Assembly (NCBI GenBank): GCA_951406725.2
Contig: OX597818.1
Span: forward strand, 144,894,001-144,958,000
DNA: 64,000 nucleotides
Direction of reading: 5' to 3'
Source: Octopus vulgaris
Taxonomy: Eukaryota
Shown here: positions 12,271 to 26,485 of the stretch, in pieces
Layout of the letters: each line of letters starts with the position of its first letter
Position numbering within the stretch: the first letter of the stretch is position 1
Translations under genes and position numbers: made by a program
The notes under the pieces: model-generated
What the model was told of the DNA's origin: nothing
What the model saw: only the letters and a program-made list of their open reading frames with translations
Database searches by the model: none

Positions 12271-13240
12271 AATTCTCCATGTGAAACTTTTATGTGAATA
12301 GATGCAAACATTTTGATGTATGCATCGACAGTTCAGCCACATATTTACAAACACTGGGAACTCTCTTAACTCAAAAAGTTTTGCTGTTTTTCTAGTAGCT
12401 AGTTTGGACTCTCTCAAGAACTTAAGCTCAAAGGCACACACACACACACACGCACGCACATACACACAGAGTTATATATGCCATAAGTAAATACTCAGGT
12501 TATGTAGTAATCATAAATGAATATAATGGAAATTACAAAATCTACATAGAGTCTCAGATGGACATTTATTTTAATACCTGTACACATGGATCTCGTTGCT
12601 TCCAGCATATTTCATGTTTAACGGTACATATATTATAGAATAGATATATTCATTATTACTATTTTATACTTACATTAAGCAAATTAGGTTGCTAAAAATT
12701 ACCAAATACAAACGATGCAACTCGTGCACACAGGCTACTGACTTATATGACTAAGCATAAAGTAGCAATCATTCTGTCTTTATGACATAATATTTAATGC
12801 ATGTGGGAAATACACTCATGACTTGTTTAACAGTGACATCTCTTAATATATATGGCTATAGGAAATGTGCTTATCTAAAATCAAAATATTAGTTGTGTGC
12901 TGATTTATGTATTAGATCAACATTTTTATGATAATTGGAACTTAGCTATACTTCATATTTAGTATTATAGTTTGAATTTAGGAATATTTCTACACCCTCC
13001 CCCCCCACACACATTCGTCTTGGAGACTTATCATCCAAAACCTTAACCAGATAAGGAATGTGTATGGGCATATATGTCAGATAAATTCATTCATTTCTTT
13101 CCAATGCTATTTGAATTAGCATGAACAATATCTTCATCGTAGAATTTTATGGTTTTCTGTAGCTCTATTCTTTCTCTACAACTTGTGTTTATCACTGTTG
13201 AAAATCTGAATAAATTTTACCTCTATTCAGACATGTGAAG

Positions 13241-14230
13241 ATGGAGTGCCAAGAAGAAGGAAATTAGCTTTTTCAATGCCTGCTTCTCTTCGCTTTCTGT
13301 CAACTTTTACTAAAGCTGCCAAAGTCACTCAAGATATTTATGATGTGTATAGAGAAGGTGCTGTTACTGAAAGAACTGCTCAGAAATGGTCTTTGCTGTT
13401 CAAGGAAGGGAAATTCAGCCTCCCAGACTTTCTGTGTGCTGGCAGACCTGTTCTACTCATTGAGGATCGACTGAACGAGGCTCCACACCAATCCACTTGG
13501 GAATTGGTCTAGCAAACAAGATTCTCTAATGATACCTCCATTCATCACCTTCACTTGATGGGTAAGGTCCAAAATCTCGATGCATGGATGTCACATGCTC
13601 TGAACAAAAGTCACATTTCAGTGTACCTCTATTACTGTCAGTTTGCTTGCTTGACATCAGGCTACTTGTGAATACAAACAGAAAGTTCTTTATTGATTGT
13701 CACTGGGATGAGATATGTCAATATGAAGCAGAGGAAAGAAGGGCTAAGTCCTGACAAGCAAGCAGCACCTTGAACCACACCAGAGATGTAGCCATACAAA
13801 CCAATGATCTGCATTTGGAGGAACTGGGAAGGGCTAAGCCATTATGAAATGCATGAAAATAAGCACATGGTCAATGCAGAGCTTTATGCTCAGGAAATGC
13901 ACCAGCTCAATGATGCAATCCATCTGAAACAACCTGACTGGTGATACGGTCTGCTTCTTCAACATGACAATGCTTGTCCCACTCCCAATGCTTTTCAAGA
14001 GTTCAACAGGGAAGGTCTGCAGCACCATATTCTCCTGATATAATGATTTAGATTATCACCATTTTTGGTCGCTCTCCAACAGTCTGTGTGGTATTTTGCC
14101 TAACAATGGCATGAAGCTGAAAGTGTGGTTTGATGAATTCTTCATGTCAAGATCTGACAATTTTCATCATCAATGCATTGGTAAGTGGAACATTGACAAG
14201 ACAACAAAGGAGAATATATTATTGATGGAT
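13241..14230 (+). pseudogene. Decayed mariner transposase
   Basis: HTH region GAVTERTAQKWSLLFKEGKFSLPD..AGRP, then IVTGDE-like (13697), LLQHDNA (13952) and PYSPD-like (14025) segments. Many stops and frameshifts. Confidence 0.85.
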
Positions 14231-14948
14231 TTATTAAAGCTGCTCAGTGTCTTCCTCTAGTGGATGCCTAGAATATTTTCTCCATAGTAACTGTGGTGAA
14301 TTTGCCTTTAGAGGTTAAAATATGTCAAAAATACTTTAACCAACTTAAAATTTGTTTATTCCTCGACACTGCCAAATGCTGAAACTATTGTATTTATTCT
14401 GACTAGGTAGTCCATGAGTGCAACCCACTCAATGATATTGACTTTTTCTAAGATAAAGCTTTATAATCTGTCCAGGGTTATCTCTCTTTGGTATCACCTA
14501 CTGAAGAAGGCTAAAGAGCTAGAAAAATATCTAAGAGTGTTAGGGGAAGACACTGAGCAAATGAGATGTTTTTACACCTTTTACCATAAGCAAGAATTTT
14601 TCTGCACTGAATTTGCCCTTATGTTAAAATATGCCGCAAACATATTTTAACAAAACTCAAGTTTGATAAATATATGTATTTAAAAAAACGGGAATTTTTG
14701 ATACTGTTTTAACATTATTAATCAGTTCTGTCTCAATATATTAATTTTCTAAAATGTGTATGTGGATGAATAAAGAAAAGTAAATTTAAAGAACCAATGA
14801 AATGCAACAAGGCTTTAGTATTAATCAAATGGATCCATGTGTTTCTGTGTGTGCACGCATGCAAGTACACACACACACACACTTAAAAAAAACTCAATGT
14901 AGTAAAACAGAAAACAAATAAACATAGATATTTAAAATTGATGATTAC

Positions 14949-15179
14949 ACTTGCAGAGAAATGATGCTCAAATTCCTCCGACATCGACCAGTCATTTTGT
15001 TTTGTGGAAAAGATATCCGTTTTCTAAGTAAGTAAGTAACAACTTTGGTCTCTTTATGTTTATGACTGTGTTATAAGTTAATGTGTAGTCAACAGATGCA
15101 GTGATGATGTAACTGTGGCAGAAACATCTGTCAGGCCACATCTCTCTACAAGAGAATCAGTCGATTAAATTGGTGAGAT
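14949..15179 (-). other. Candidate host-gene exon (5' UTR or first coding exon)
   Basis: Strong minus-strand acceptor ttattttttgtcttcaacttttgcAG|ATC at 15180 and a weak donor GTAATC at 14948. The sequence is non-repetitive and could start MSEEFEHHFSAS. No homology recognised. Confidence 0.3.
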
Positions 15180-15250
15180 CTGCAAAAGTTGAAGACAAAA
15201 AATAACATTATAAAATGAAATAAATCACATACAGATAAAACGAAATATCA

Positions 15251-15315
<65 letters not shown>

Positions 15316-15320
<5 letters not shown>

Positions 15321-15528
15321 TGAAAAGTTCTTGGCTTTAAGAGTGTCGCGAAAGGCCTGGATGGAGGCCCAGCCTTCTAAGTTCTTTTACAAAACTTAGA
15401 AAAACTGAAGGACCGCTGCAATAAGTGTGTTAATCTGAGAAAGGAATATGTTGAATAAAATCATAATTAACTGATCCTCCAGTATTTTCTTTTACCCAAA
15501 ACTATGAACTTTTCCGCATCCCCTTGTA
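15316..15528. mobile_element. mariner-derived MITE
   Basis: Imperfect TIRs TGCTGAAAAGTTCTTGGCTTT ... AAAACTATGAACTTTTCCGCATCCCCTTGTA. The interior resembles a mariner C-terminus, and the element sits in (TG)n. Confidence 0.7.
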
Positions 15529-15568
<40 letters not shown>

Positions 15569-15570
15569 CA

Positions 15571-15805
15571 CAGGGTTGGCTAAAAGTCACCTGACAGTAA
15601 ATCAAAATTCCATAAATATTTAATATTCATTTCTTATTTATTCATTTGGAAAAATGGTGTCGTTCAAGAAGGAATTCACTTTAAACAATTTTCCTGATGT
15701 TTCATATTTAGATGCTTTTATTAAATTCTTTCAGTTGTTAAACATAAATAAATCTTGGAATTAAATGGTTTTGATTTACTGTCAGGTGACTTTTGGACAA
15801 CCCAT
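15571..15805. mobile_element. Tc1/mariner-type MITE
   Basis: ~35-bp TIRs CAGGGTTGGCTAAAAGTCACCTGACAGTAAATCAAAA / TTTTGATTTACTGTCAGGTGACTTTTGGACAACCC in TA-rich flanks. Confidence 0.85.
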
Positions 15806-15834
15806 TATGTGTGCGTATATATATATATATATGA

Positions 15835-15867
<33 letters not shown>

Positions 15868-15870
<3 letters not shown>

Positions 15871-16610
15871 TCATCGTTTAACATCCGTTTTCCATGCTGG
15901 TATGGGTTGGATGGTTCAACTGGGGTCTGGGAAGCCAGGAGGATGCACCAGGCCCCAATCTGATCTGGCAGTGTTTCTACAGCTGGATGCCCTTCCTAAC
16001 ACCAACCACTCTGAGAGTGTAGTGGGTGCTTCTTATGTGCCACCAGCACAGGAGCCAAAGGAGCTGGCATCAACCACAATCGGATGGTGCTTTTTAAGTG
16101 CCAATGTCTGGGGAAAATCTAAGTGAAAAGGAGTTTGCTTTGCAAACCACAATGTTCTGGCACCTTGTGCAAATGTGTTCACAGGTTGGTTAATGATTTG
16201 TGAGTGGCTTTTGCTAGTTAGAAACTCTCTAGAAGACTGGCATACATACATACAAACATACATACATATATATACCCCTGCTCCGCCCCGACTGGCCTCC
16301 GCGCCGGTGGCATGTAAAAAGCATCATCCGACTGTGGCCGTTGCCAGCCTCGTCTGGTCCCCATGCTGGTGGCACATAAAAAGCACCATCCGGTTGTGGT
16401 CGTTTGCCAGCCTCGTCTGGCACCTGTGCCGGTGGCATGTAAAAACCACCCACTACACTCACGGAGTGGTTGGCATTAGGAAGGGCATCGAGCTGTAGAA
16501 ACACTGCCAGATCAGACTGGGCCTGGTGCAGCCTCCTGGCTTCCCAGACCCCAGTTGAACCGTCCAACCCATACTAGCATGGAAAACGGACGTTAAACGA
16601 TGATGATGAT
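15868..16610. mobile_element. Second inverted pair of the RTE-associated non-autonomous element
   Basis: Minus copy at 15868-~16095 and plus copy at ~16278-16610. Both have (GAT)n tails outward and the same tail sequence as 11500-11660. Confidence 0.75.
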
Positions 16611-16997
16611 ATATCATTATCGTCATCATTTAATGTCCATGTTCCACACTAGCATGGGTTGGACAGAGTTTAATGAGGCAGATTTTCTACATTCGGATGT
16701 ACTTCATGTCACCAACCCTCAACTGTTTCCCCATAGTCAGACACGTTTCACAGAATATTGGAAATGAACGAAACTGCTTGTGTGACAGTGATACTCATTT
16801 ACAACTGTTACACACTGCCAAGACAAGGACACACACACACACACACACCACACACATGTATTATCTATAACATTCTCTTCATATAAAAAACTACAAATCT
16901 GGCAACTATTTGAGCAAAATAGTGTCATATTTAATAAAAGGTTTGACTCTCAACTGTGTGTGTATATGTGTGCATATATATATTTTCACACACACTG

Positions 16998-17031
<34 letters not shown>

Positions 17032-17896
17032 ATATATATATATATTTATTTATATATGTATATATATACATACACACACACTTATACCTAAACATAACCA
17101 TATAAATATATATACATATATATACATATGTACAGATATACATAAATATATATAAATATACACACATATATTCTTACACATACATATACATACACACACA
17201 CACACACACACACACTCGCACACATACACATGCATGTATATTTTACTATTATTTAATGTGTGAAAATGATATTAATGACTATGAAGCTGTGAAAAGAGTT
17301 CTGATATATATTCGTCATATATTATTAATGCTGTATCTCACCAGATTAATTATTACTGGCCTCTGAAAGCCTTTTGTTTGACATCTGGAAGACTGTCCTT
17401 TAGTTGACGTGAGTGAAACGTGTGAATAATTAATAGAAAGAAGGTGACAGAGGGGAGACAGAAGATATGAAATCACACTCATACAGGTCCTGATTAAGAG
17501 AAGGTTACATCTAAATGTTAGACATCACACATAGATAAAAGGAAGCAAAGCAATAAAACTGTGTTTTTGTAAAGAATATCACCATAATGTTAGAAATGGA
17601 GAAATTTGTATTAACCATTATGTGTGTGTGTGTGTGTGTGTGCGCATACATACAAACATATAACAAATGAGAGGAAGAGAAAATGGAGTTCACGAAATTG
17701 TTTATTAATCATTCCAATCGTTTTAATCCATCTTGCATTGGTACCTTGCGGGTGAGATTCTGACCAACCGGTTGTGGCGCCTCATTCGGTGCAGATGTGT
17801 CTCATTGAGTGGCTTTTCAAAAAGTGCCTTGCTTATTAAACTTGGTTTTGCTTAGTTATACCCAAGTTTAAAATAATTACAAACATATATAAGTAC

Positions 17897-19130
17897 AGGA
17901 GTGGCTGTGTGGTAAGGAGCTTGCTTCCCAATCACATGATTGCAGGTTCAGTCCCACTGAACGTCACCTTGTACAAGCATCTTCTACTATAACCTCTGGA
18001 CGACCAAAGCCTTGTGAGTGGATTTGGTAGACGGAAACTGAAAGAAGCCTGTCGTATATATACATTCTATATTTTTAATTTTGTGCATCTCATTGTTTGC
18101 TTTTGATTTTGTAGATTACACAGTATAGTAGGGTCAGTTGGGCACCCTCTGTGAGAAAAACAGCACCATGACACAATTCACTCTGCCAGAAATTTGAAAA
18201 CAACATGCTGTACTGCTTGGTATTCACACCGGAAGCTCTAATACAAACATTGCAGAGTGTTTGAGTGTCAATCTGATGACATGTACCGAGAGTGATAAAA
18301 ATCAAACATCCAGTCAACATCATGGTGTTTGGAGTAATCACATGTGATGGTGACGTTATGCCTCCATTTATCTTCCCACACAGCCTCGGACTCAACATGG
18401 AAGCCTACATTAAGTGGCTGGAGGAGGTAGTGTTGCCCCGGGTCAAGAGGGTGGCTGCTGGAAGACCTTATGTCTGGCAACAGGACTCTGCACCATGCCA
18501 CACAAACAGGAGAACCCAGTCATAGCTGTCAAACAGATTATGTGACCACATCATCCCAAACATCTGGCCACCTAATTCCCCAGACTGCAACCCCCTTGAT
18601 TATTATGTGTGGGGTGCAGTTGAGCAAGAGACCAACAAAACTGCTTGTAACACCAAAGATGAACTGAAGGCAAGGATTATGGCAGCATTCACCAACGTAA
18701 ACAAAGAAACTGTCCAGAAAAGCTGCAGGAGATTCTGAAGTTGTCTGGAGGCCGTGGTTGCAGCAAATGGCGATTTTATTGAATAAATTTACTCCTTGTA
18801 TTTCAAGATATTTTTATGTAAGTTTGGTAAATATATCTTTTAAAATGAGATGTCAGTGTTATTTTAATTTTTGAATAATTTAGATAGAGTTTATTCACCA
18901 CCTACTGTATATATATATATGTATATATTTGTGTTTGTGTTTGTCCCCCACCATTGCTTAACAACCAATGTTGGTGTGTTTATGTCACTGTAACTTAGTA
19001 GTTTGGCAAAAGAGATCAATAGAATAAGTACCAGGCTTACAAAAGAATAAGACCTGGGGTTGATTTGTTTGACTGAAGGCAGTGCTCCAGCATGGCTGCA
19101 GTTAAATGACTGAAACAAGTAAAAGAAAAG
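17897..19130 (+). mobile_element. tRNA-derived SINE, family B, split at its internal (TA)n by a maT element
   Basis: Head GGAGTGGCTGTGTGGTAAG...GGTTCAGTCCCACTG...GACGGAAACTGAAAGAAGCC at 17897-18060. The 3' half ...CCAGCATGGCTGCAG...GACTGAAACAAGTAAAAG is at 18920-19130. Confidence 0.8.
18064..18907 (+). mobile_element. maT/DD37D Tc1-mariner element, internally deleted, copy 1
   Basis: Translates IMVFGVI...YVWQQDSAPCHT...WPPNSPDCNPLDYYVWG, with 37 residues between the second and third catalytic Asp and one in-frame stop. Confidence 0.88.
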
Positions 19131-19755
19131 AAACACACACAGATTATATAAAAGTGTTACAGTTTGCTTGAAGCAATGTGGAATAAGTAGCAAAGCAGTG
19201 TATTACAGGTGAAAATATTACAGGTAGAACTTTAACTATAACAAATTATAACAAAAGATTGTGAGATGTTACCTTAAAAACATTTAATTATTCCTGATAT
19301 TTGGAGTTAAAAACTCAAAAGCTTCAAAGATTGTGACAAAGGTAAATTGTGTCCATTTTGTTGGTGTCAAATCCTTCTGATCTGACATGTCAAAAAACAA
19401 AACAAAACACACAAACAAAAGTGAATGTGTAATTAATCTCTTCCTCACTTAAATCTATTGAAAAGGAATTTTTAATTCAAAGTATCAAGGCTAATTAAAT
19501 GTTTTTAAGGTAACATTTCAATATTCTTATTGTTAGTGTTTTTTTTTATATCTAATGTTTTACCTGTTTTGTTATCACCTTCTTTAACACACTGATATTA
19601 TATGTATGTGCATGCCTATAGCAAAATTTAAGCACTTTTAAATGCGCAATAGTGAAGATTATTGACCGAATTATGTAGTCAAACATTTATTTTAATGTTA
19701 TTGTCAGCAACTTTGAAGTTTCAACAATCAAGGCTTGTTCATTTATGAGCATGTG

Positions 19756-19800
<45 letters not shown>

Positions 19801-19990
19801 TACGAATATATACACACACACATACGAATATACATATATAAATACTTATGCGTGTGTCAGAGTATGCATGTTAATAAACTAAAATGTGAGTGATTAATAT
19901 TGCATTGGTGGATAATTTCTTTGAAACCAAATGTTTCACATTAACATATTCACAATTATTCAGACCGCAACTTAATAACTAAATGTATAT

Positions 19991-21637
19991 ATGGGGTGTG
20001 ATGGGTAAATTGCTGCCATTTTATATTATCAATTTCGTGCATGCACATTGTTTGCTTTTGATTTTGTTGACTACACAGTATAGTAGGGGCAGTTGGGCAC
20101 CATCTGTGAGAAAAACAACACCATGACACAGTTTGCTCTGTGAAAAATTTGGAAATGATATGTTGTACTGCTTGGTATTTGCGCTGGAAGCTCTAATATG
20201 AACAGGTGGTGAACAATCATTGGCTTGCTGTGTCCCCAAAACATGTACCGAAAGTGATAAAAATCAAACATCCAGTCAACATCATGGTGTTTGGAGTGAT
20301 CACTAGAGATGGCGACGTTATGCCTCCATTTATCTTCCCACACAGCCTCGGACTCAACCAAATGACTAGAAGAGGTAATGCTGCCATAGGTCAAGAGGGT
20401 GGTTGCTGGAAGACCTTGTGTCTGGCAACAAGACTCTGCACCATGCCACACAAGCAGGAGAACCCAGTCATAGTGGTCAAACAATTTCTGTGACCACATC
20501 ACCCCTAACATCTGGCCATCTGACTCCCCAAACTGCAATCCCCTTGATTATTATGTGTGAGACACAGTTGAGTGAGAGACCAATAAAACTCCTTGTAACA
20601 CCAAAGATGAACTGAAGGCAAGGATTATGGCAGCATTCGCCAACCTAAACAAGGAGACTATCCAGAAGAGTTGCAGGAGATTCTGAAATTGTCTGGAGGT
20701 CGTGGTTGAAGCCAATGGCAATTTTATTGAATAAATTTACTCTTTAGTATGTGCAAGAGAGACGACTACGCTAGTATGGTCATGTGCTGTGTGAAGAAGT
20801 GTCACTCCCTAACAATGGAAGGAACCTGTGGAAATGGGAGGCCCAGAAAGACATGGGATGAGGTGATGAAGCATGGGATGAGGTGATGAAGCATGACCTT
20901 CGAATGTTGGGCCTCAATGACGAAAGACAAAGACTGCTGGAGATATGCTGTGATTAAGGAGACCTGGCAAGTAAAGTGAGATACAGCTGTAGCCTATACC
21001 AGTGTCGCATAACCAGCCCATTTAAAAAGTATCTTTGAATCGTCGGGTGACATACCATGCTTTAGGAGACCAACTGAGTCAAGTAAAATCTAAAATCAAA
21101 AATCAAACAATCAAATGGAAATTGTAGTTGTGGCCAATGTCAGTGCTGCCTGACTGGCTTCTTGTGCTGGTGGCATGCAATAAGCACCATTCATGCATGA
21201 TTTGTTGCCAGTGGCGCCTGACTGGCTCCTCGTACTGGTGGCATGTAAAATGCACCATCTGAACATGGTCAATGCCAGCCCCACCCCCACCCTGACTGGC
21301 TCCTGTGCTGGTAGCACATAAAAAGCACCATCCAAACATGTCCAATGCCAGTTCTGCCTGACTTGCTCCTCTACCGGTGGAACGTAAAAAGCACCCACTA
21401 CACTCTCGGAGTGGTTGGTGTTAGGAAGGGCATCGAGCTGTAGAAACATTGCCAGATCAGATTGGAGCCTAGTGAGGTCTCCTGGCTTGTCACTCCCCAG
21501 TCAAACTGTCCAACCCATGCCAGCATGGAAAACAGACATTAAATGATGATGATGATGATGATATCTTTTAAAATGAGATGTCAGTGTTATTTTCCTTTTT
21601 GTGTAATTTAGACAACAATATATTCACCGCATCCTGC
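19991..21637 (+). mobile_element. maT/DD37D element copy 2, interrupted by an RTE insertion (20751-21562)
   Basis: Collinear with copy 1 from ~20020 to 20750. The right end resumes at ~21562 (ATATCTTTTAAAATGAGATGTCAG). Degenerate TIRs GGGGTGTGATGGGTAAATT / ATATTCACCGCATCCTG. Confidence 0.85.
20751..21562 (+). mobile_element. RTE-clade LINE 3' end (ORF C-terminus, repeat-bearing 3' UTR, (GAT)n tail)
   Basis: Translates CVKKCHSLTMEGTCGNGRPRKTWDEV...KHDLRMLGL, the RTE C-terminal GRPRKTW motif. It ends CCAACCCATGCCAGCATGGAAAACAGACATTAAATGATGATGAT. Confidence 0.75.
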
Positions 21638-22911
21638 ACATATAAAGCCATTGGTTTTTTATTAAAAGCACAGTTAACTTTTAAAGTCCATCTTCCATGT
21701 TGGCATGGATTTACAGGATCAGATGGGTTTGAAAACTGCATCATGCTCCAATGTCTGCACAGGTATGGTTTCGAAAGCTGGATGCCCTTCAAAATGCCAA
21801 CACTTTACAGAGTACACTAGGTGTTTTTTTAGTGCTACTAACACTTACGAGGTTGCCAGGCAGTTTGCAAGACTAAGATCTCTTTTGATTAAGTGTGGCC
21901 TTAGTAGAAAGGAAGGCAGCTTTATGCTTGGAGATAAGTTAAAATATGAAAAAAGGAGCCAAAATATTTATTTATTTATTTTTTTGCTGCAAAGATGTTA
22001 CAAGGCTACTCACATTACAGAAGTGCGAGTGGAAATAACTGAGGTGGAGCTGGAAAGAAATGTCTAATAGTATACCATCAAGGCAGAAGATGATGACTAG
22101 GAGTGGATCTGAAGGACAGAGAGTATAGGTGGGCAGAGGTTGCAAGAGCATACAGGGAGAGTGAGCAATGATTAGGGATGGAAAATGAGTGAGAGAGCAA
22201 ATGAATGAAGGACAAAGATTGAGAGAAGGTCCATGATAAATATACATTGGAGGGAAAGCAGGGAAGAGTGGGTGATGAATGTAGTGGGTAGATAGGATTC
22301 AGGGGTAGATATAATGTAAAATTTACAAACAGCATGCAATACTGGAGATTATTTTCATCTGCTGACAGGGAAGGTCACAGAAATCTTGATACTATCCAGC
22401 TGTATTGCTTCCATGTTCAGGTCCTTCAGGCTCACATTGTATTAAGTTTGTCCCACACCTGTTACGCAGCCACCACATCAAACCAAGCCAAGAATGATTG
22501 CAATCGCGTCGTCAACACAACAGTGATTATTTCCTTTTACTTCATTTTGAGGAATTATGTTTTTTCTTCTCACCTTTGGCCTTTCTCTCACCTGTTATGA
22601 TGAAGCATATTCTGCTGCCCTCCTTATTAATTCGGTCATTTATCAACTGTCAATTTTGCCATGCCAGCATGTGTATAGGCAGTGTTATTTGAGGCAGGTG
22701 TTTACAGTGGGATGCTCTTTCTGTCACCAACCTGCATCAGTTTTTTTTTTGTTTTTTTATGTAAGGGGTTATTTTGAAAGTGCAGAGCAACCATTCATGT
22801 CAACATCACAATCTCTTTGCTGAAGATTGACGAGTGTAGAATATAAACATTCACACAAATTTATGCACACACACGCACACACACACAGATGGTAGTTTCT
22901 GTAAACAAAGT

Positions 22912-24195
22912 TATGAATGTGGGCTGAAAAGTTCATAGGCTGACAATGAAGGAGTGATGATAAAGCTGTGAAATCTTGCATGCATTAATTTCATTAATAA
23001 CTGCATTGTTTCTTTCCAGGTAAACTGACATTTGACTCATCAAAGAAGACTTCAAAAGTAACTAGTAGTGACTTCTCTTGAAAATGGAGAGAAATTGGCA
23101 TCATGGTGTTAAAAAGTATCTGCAGAAAAAGGGTTTAGCCCCCAATGACATTCATGCTGACATGGTTGCAAGATTTGGGGATTATACACCAGCTTTATGA
23201 ACAGTGCAAAAGTAGGCAGCTGAATTTAGGAGAGAAAGGGAGAGCCTTGAAGATGATCCAGTAACTGGACATCCTGCAACTAACACCATCAAGGAAAATA
23301 TTGATCATATTCACCACATGGTGATGGATGACAGGTGGTTAGCTATAAATCAGATAGCCAATCCAATTAGCATATCCTGTGAGAAAGTTGGGAATATTCT
23401 GCATAATAAAGGTTTCTGCTTGGTGGGTGCTGCATCTCCTGACACTTGATCACATCGTAGGAAAATCTGACATTGTTTCAGGCAGATCCAGCTGGTTTCT
23501 TTGAATGTTTCCTAACCTAGGATGAGTGTTGGGGTCATCACTTTGGGCCAGAGACAAAGAGACAATCCATGCAGTGAAAAAACCCTCACCAGCTAAAAAA
23601 GAAGGCTAAGGTTATTTCATCTGCAGGGAAGGTGATGGCCTCAGATTTTTCAAATGCAATAGACATTGTGTTTATTGGATATCTTCAAAAGGACCACAAC
23701 ATCAATGGAGTGTACTATGCCAACTTGCTGAGGCAGTTATGAAAGGCTTTGAAGATCAAGTACCCAGGAAAACTGATGGAAGGGTCTTGATTCATCAGAA
23801 CAATGCTTTAGCACACAAGTCCTTGAATTCAATGGCTGCCGTGCTTGACTGGCTTTGAACTGGTTGATCACTCTCCCTATTCTCCAGCTCTGGCCTCATC
23901 TGACTACCATCAGTTCCCAACATAAAAAAAAGTACTTAGCTGAGAACTAGTATTGCAGTGATGACGATATCATATCTGCAGTCGATGTCAGATATCTGCT
24001 GACATCATATCTGCTATTGATGACTTTTTGACCAACAGGATGAAAGCTTCTTCTTCAATGGGATCCAAGAACTGCAATGCCAATGAAAAAGGTGTGTGGA
24101 TTGCAAGGGGGACTATATTGGAAAATAAACTTCATTTGATCCCATTCCATGAGAGTATCTTGGTCAGCCTATGAACTTTTCAGCCAACCCTAGTA
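22912..24195 (+). mobile_element. Full-length decayed mariner (irritans/Himar1-like) with pseudogenised transposase at ~23084-24129
   Basis: TIRs GGCTGAAAAGTTCATAGGCTGA / TCAGCCTATGAACTTTTCAGCC with TA flanks. Motifs WAAEF-like, DECWGHHF..ETKRQSMQ, SAGKVMA, HQNNA, HSPYSPALASSDY and a terminal GDYIGK*. Confidence 0.92.
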
Positions 24196-26279
24196 TTTGG
24201 CAATGGAATGTAGGCCATAAATGCAGAGGAAATGCAGAGGCTTGAAGGAACTGAAGCCAGCATGCTCTGCTTGATGTGCAACATCAATATGCACATATGA
24301 CAAAGAGCAAAGGTATTGAGAGAAAAACTGTATACGAGGCATCAAATATGCAAGAGAAGACAATGTTAGTATGGTCAAATGACATGTGTAGATGAGGATA
24401 GGTGCATAACAAAAGGCTGGTTGTTAAATGTGGACAAAATCTGTGGAAGACTATTGGTGCTGTGTTTAATAAGTAACTTGGTGCAATTAGTTTTTTCTGT
24501 TTTAGAAATTTTGGTTGTCTTTTGCTTTCGATTATTTTGTGTATCTCAAGTGTTTTCATTGATGGATTTGCTGCAATAATGTAATGTTATGATGGATAAT
24601 GTTGCATGTTTCTGTATTTTATGGACAAAATGTTGTGATGTAAGGCAGACTATTTTGTGTGTTGGAATTGTTTTTTGTCCTTTGTAATTCTTGAATGCCT
24701 ATTGCTGTGGCACATTCAATTTTTGTTGGGTATTTTCAAGTAGTGTTTATTTTAGTCCTCTGAGATTTTATTTCAAGTTTCAAAATTTAAAGCAATTGAA
24801 CATAAAATCTGTGCTAGATTAGGTGGGGGTCAATTTTATGAGTTTGGGGTCAAAGGAAGTAAATAGTATTTTTTTTTTGAGTCTGTCAACGTGTAGTGGA
24901 TGATGGCTTCGATGATTGCTTTTTTGATAATTAAAATAACATTGTGGCTAACTACATGGGAGAAGATACTGGAAGAAATTAGACCTACAAAGGCACCACA
25001 AACACTCATAATTGTTAAATACAGTACATGTGTATACATATGTGTACATGCACAGATACAAACACACATCTACCTACACATACACATGAACAAATACATA
25101 CACAAACATGCACATATTATACACACACACACATTAGGTAAACCAACTGTTACTATCTAACAGTTTGTGGAACTTCTCAGTGACATCCAACTTGGTAACA
25201 GATTGCCTTTTTTAATAGTTCTGCTCTTCTGATCACTTCTTCCAACATCTTCAATGCCGATCTTATGCCACTCATCTCCAGAGGGAACAAAATTTCATTT
25301 TTACTCTCTTTGAACATACACACCTTTGGTCTAAATTCACCACCTCACTTTTTCTAACTTGCACCTTATTCCCACCTGCTCTAGAATTACATACCTATTC
25401 CCTTTGATTTCTCCTTCTCTCCTGCAACCTCATATTCACACACACACATACCCTCAACACACTAACGCAGCTTCCATATATGCACACACTCCCTTCAACC
25501 AATCACACTCATTCACATCTTTCACTTACGTCTCCATTTATTTCCCATCTGGTCCCTGATATGCATGCACACACACACACACACACCTACCTCTATTCAC
25601 CCACCACTTTGTTTCTTTGATACACACAGGCACACACATGCCTGCACCCAATTTTGCTTCACACACACACATACTGGCCCTCTCTCTTATACATGCATTT
25701 GCACACATATACACACCCTGCTCTTCACACACACACACATTCTTCATATTTCCGGCACTTCTGTTTTGGTTGACAGCTTTGAATCCCCTACATTTCACAA
25801 CTACCTCTGCTTATTGTTGGTCAACCTGCCAAAACCGCATCCAATACACACACGTGCTACATCTTCCATACTTCTCTCTCCTTACAGTCCACTTAAAAAA
25901 TTGTTCCCCTGTGCCAATTTCTTTTTATATTATGTGTTTCATCTAGCTTTTCCTCTGTTCATTACAGGTATTTCTCCCCCATGGATATTTACCAGCTTCT
26001 TCATCACAGTTACCTCTTCCCCTTCATGTATTTTACCAGTTTCGTACCATCCTCTTTAACACTCTGCCTAACTTTGCAAACCTTTTATAGTCATCAGTTT
26101 TTTCTTCCTTTTCTCACCTCCTCTATACTCTCTTTCATTCTGATAAAAGGACTAATATTCAAAATGTCAAAACACTTTCTCTTTCCACCAAAGCATTAAG
26201 CTAATACCTTACTTGTCAAACTTTATTCCTTCTTTATTGTCATTTTCTTTGTTTTTACATAATAAGCACAAATATATAT

Positions 26280-26440
26280 AGGCACAGGTGTGGCTGTGCG
26301 GTAAGAAGTTTGCTTCCCAACCACATGGTTCAGGGTTCAGTCCCACTGTGCAGGACCTTGGGCAAGTGTCTTCTGCTAAAGCCTTGAGCTGACCAAAGCC
26401 CTTTGAGTGGATTTGGTAGACAGAAATTGAAAGAGGCTCA

Positions 26441-26485
<45 letters not shown>

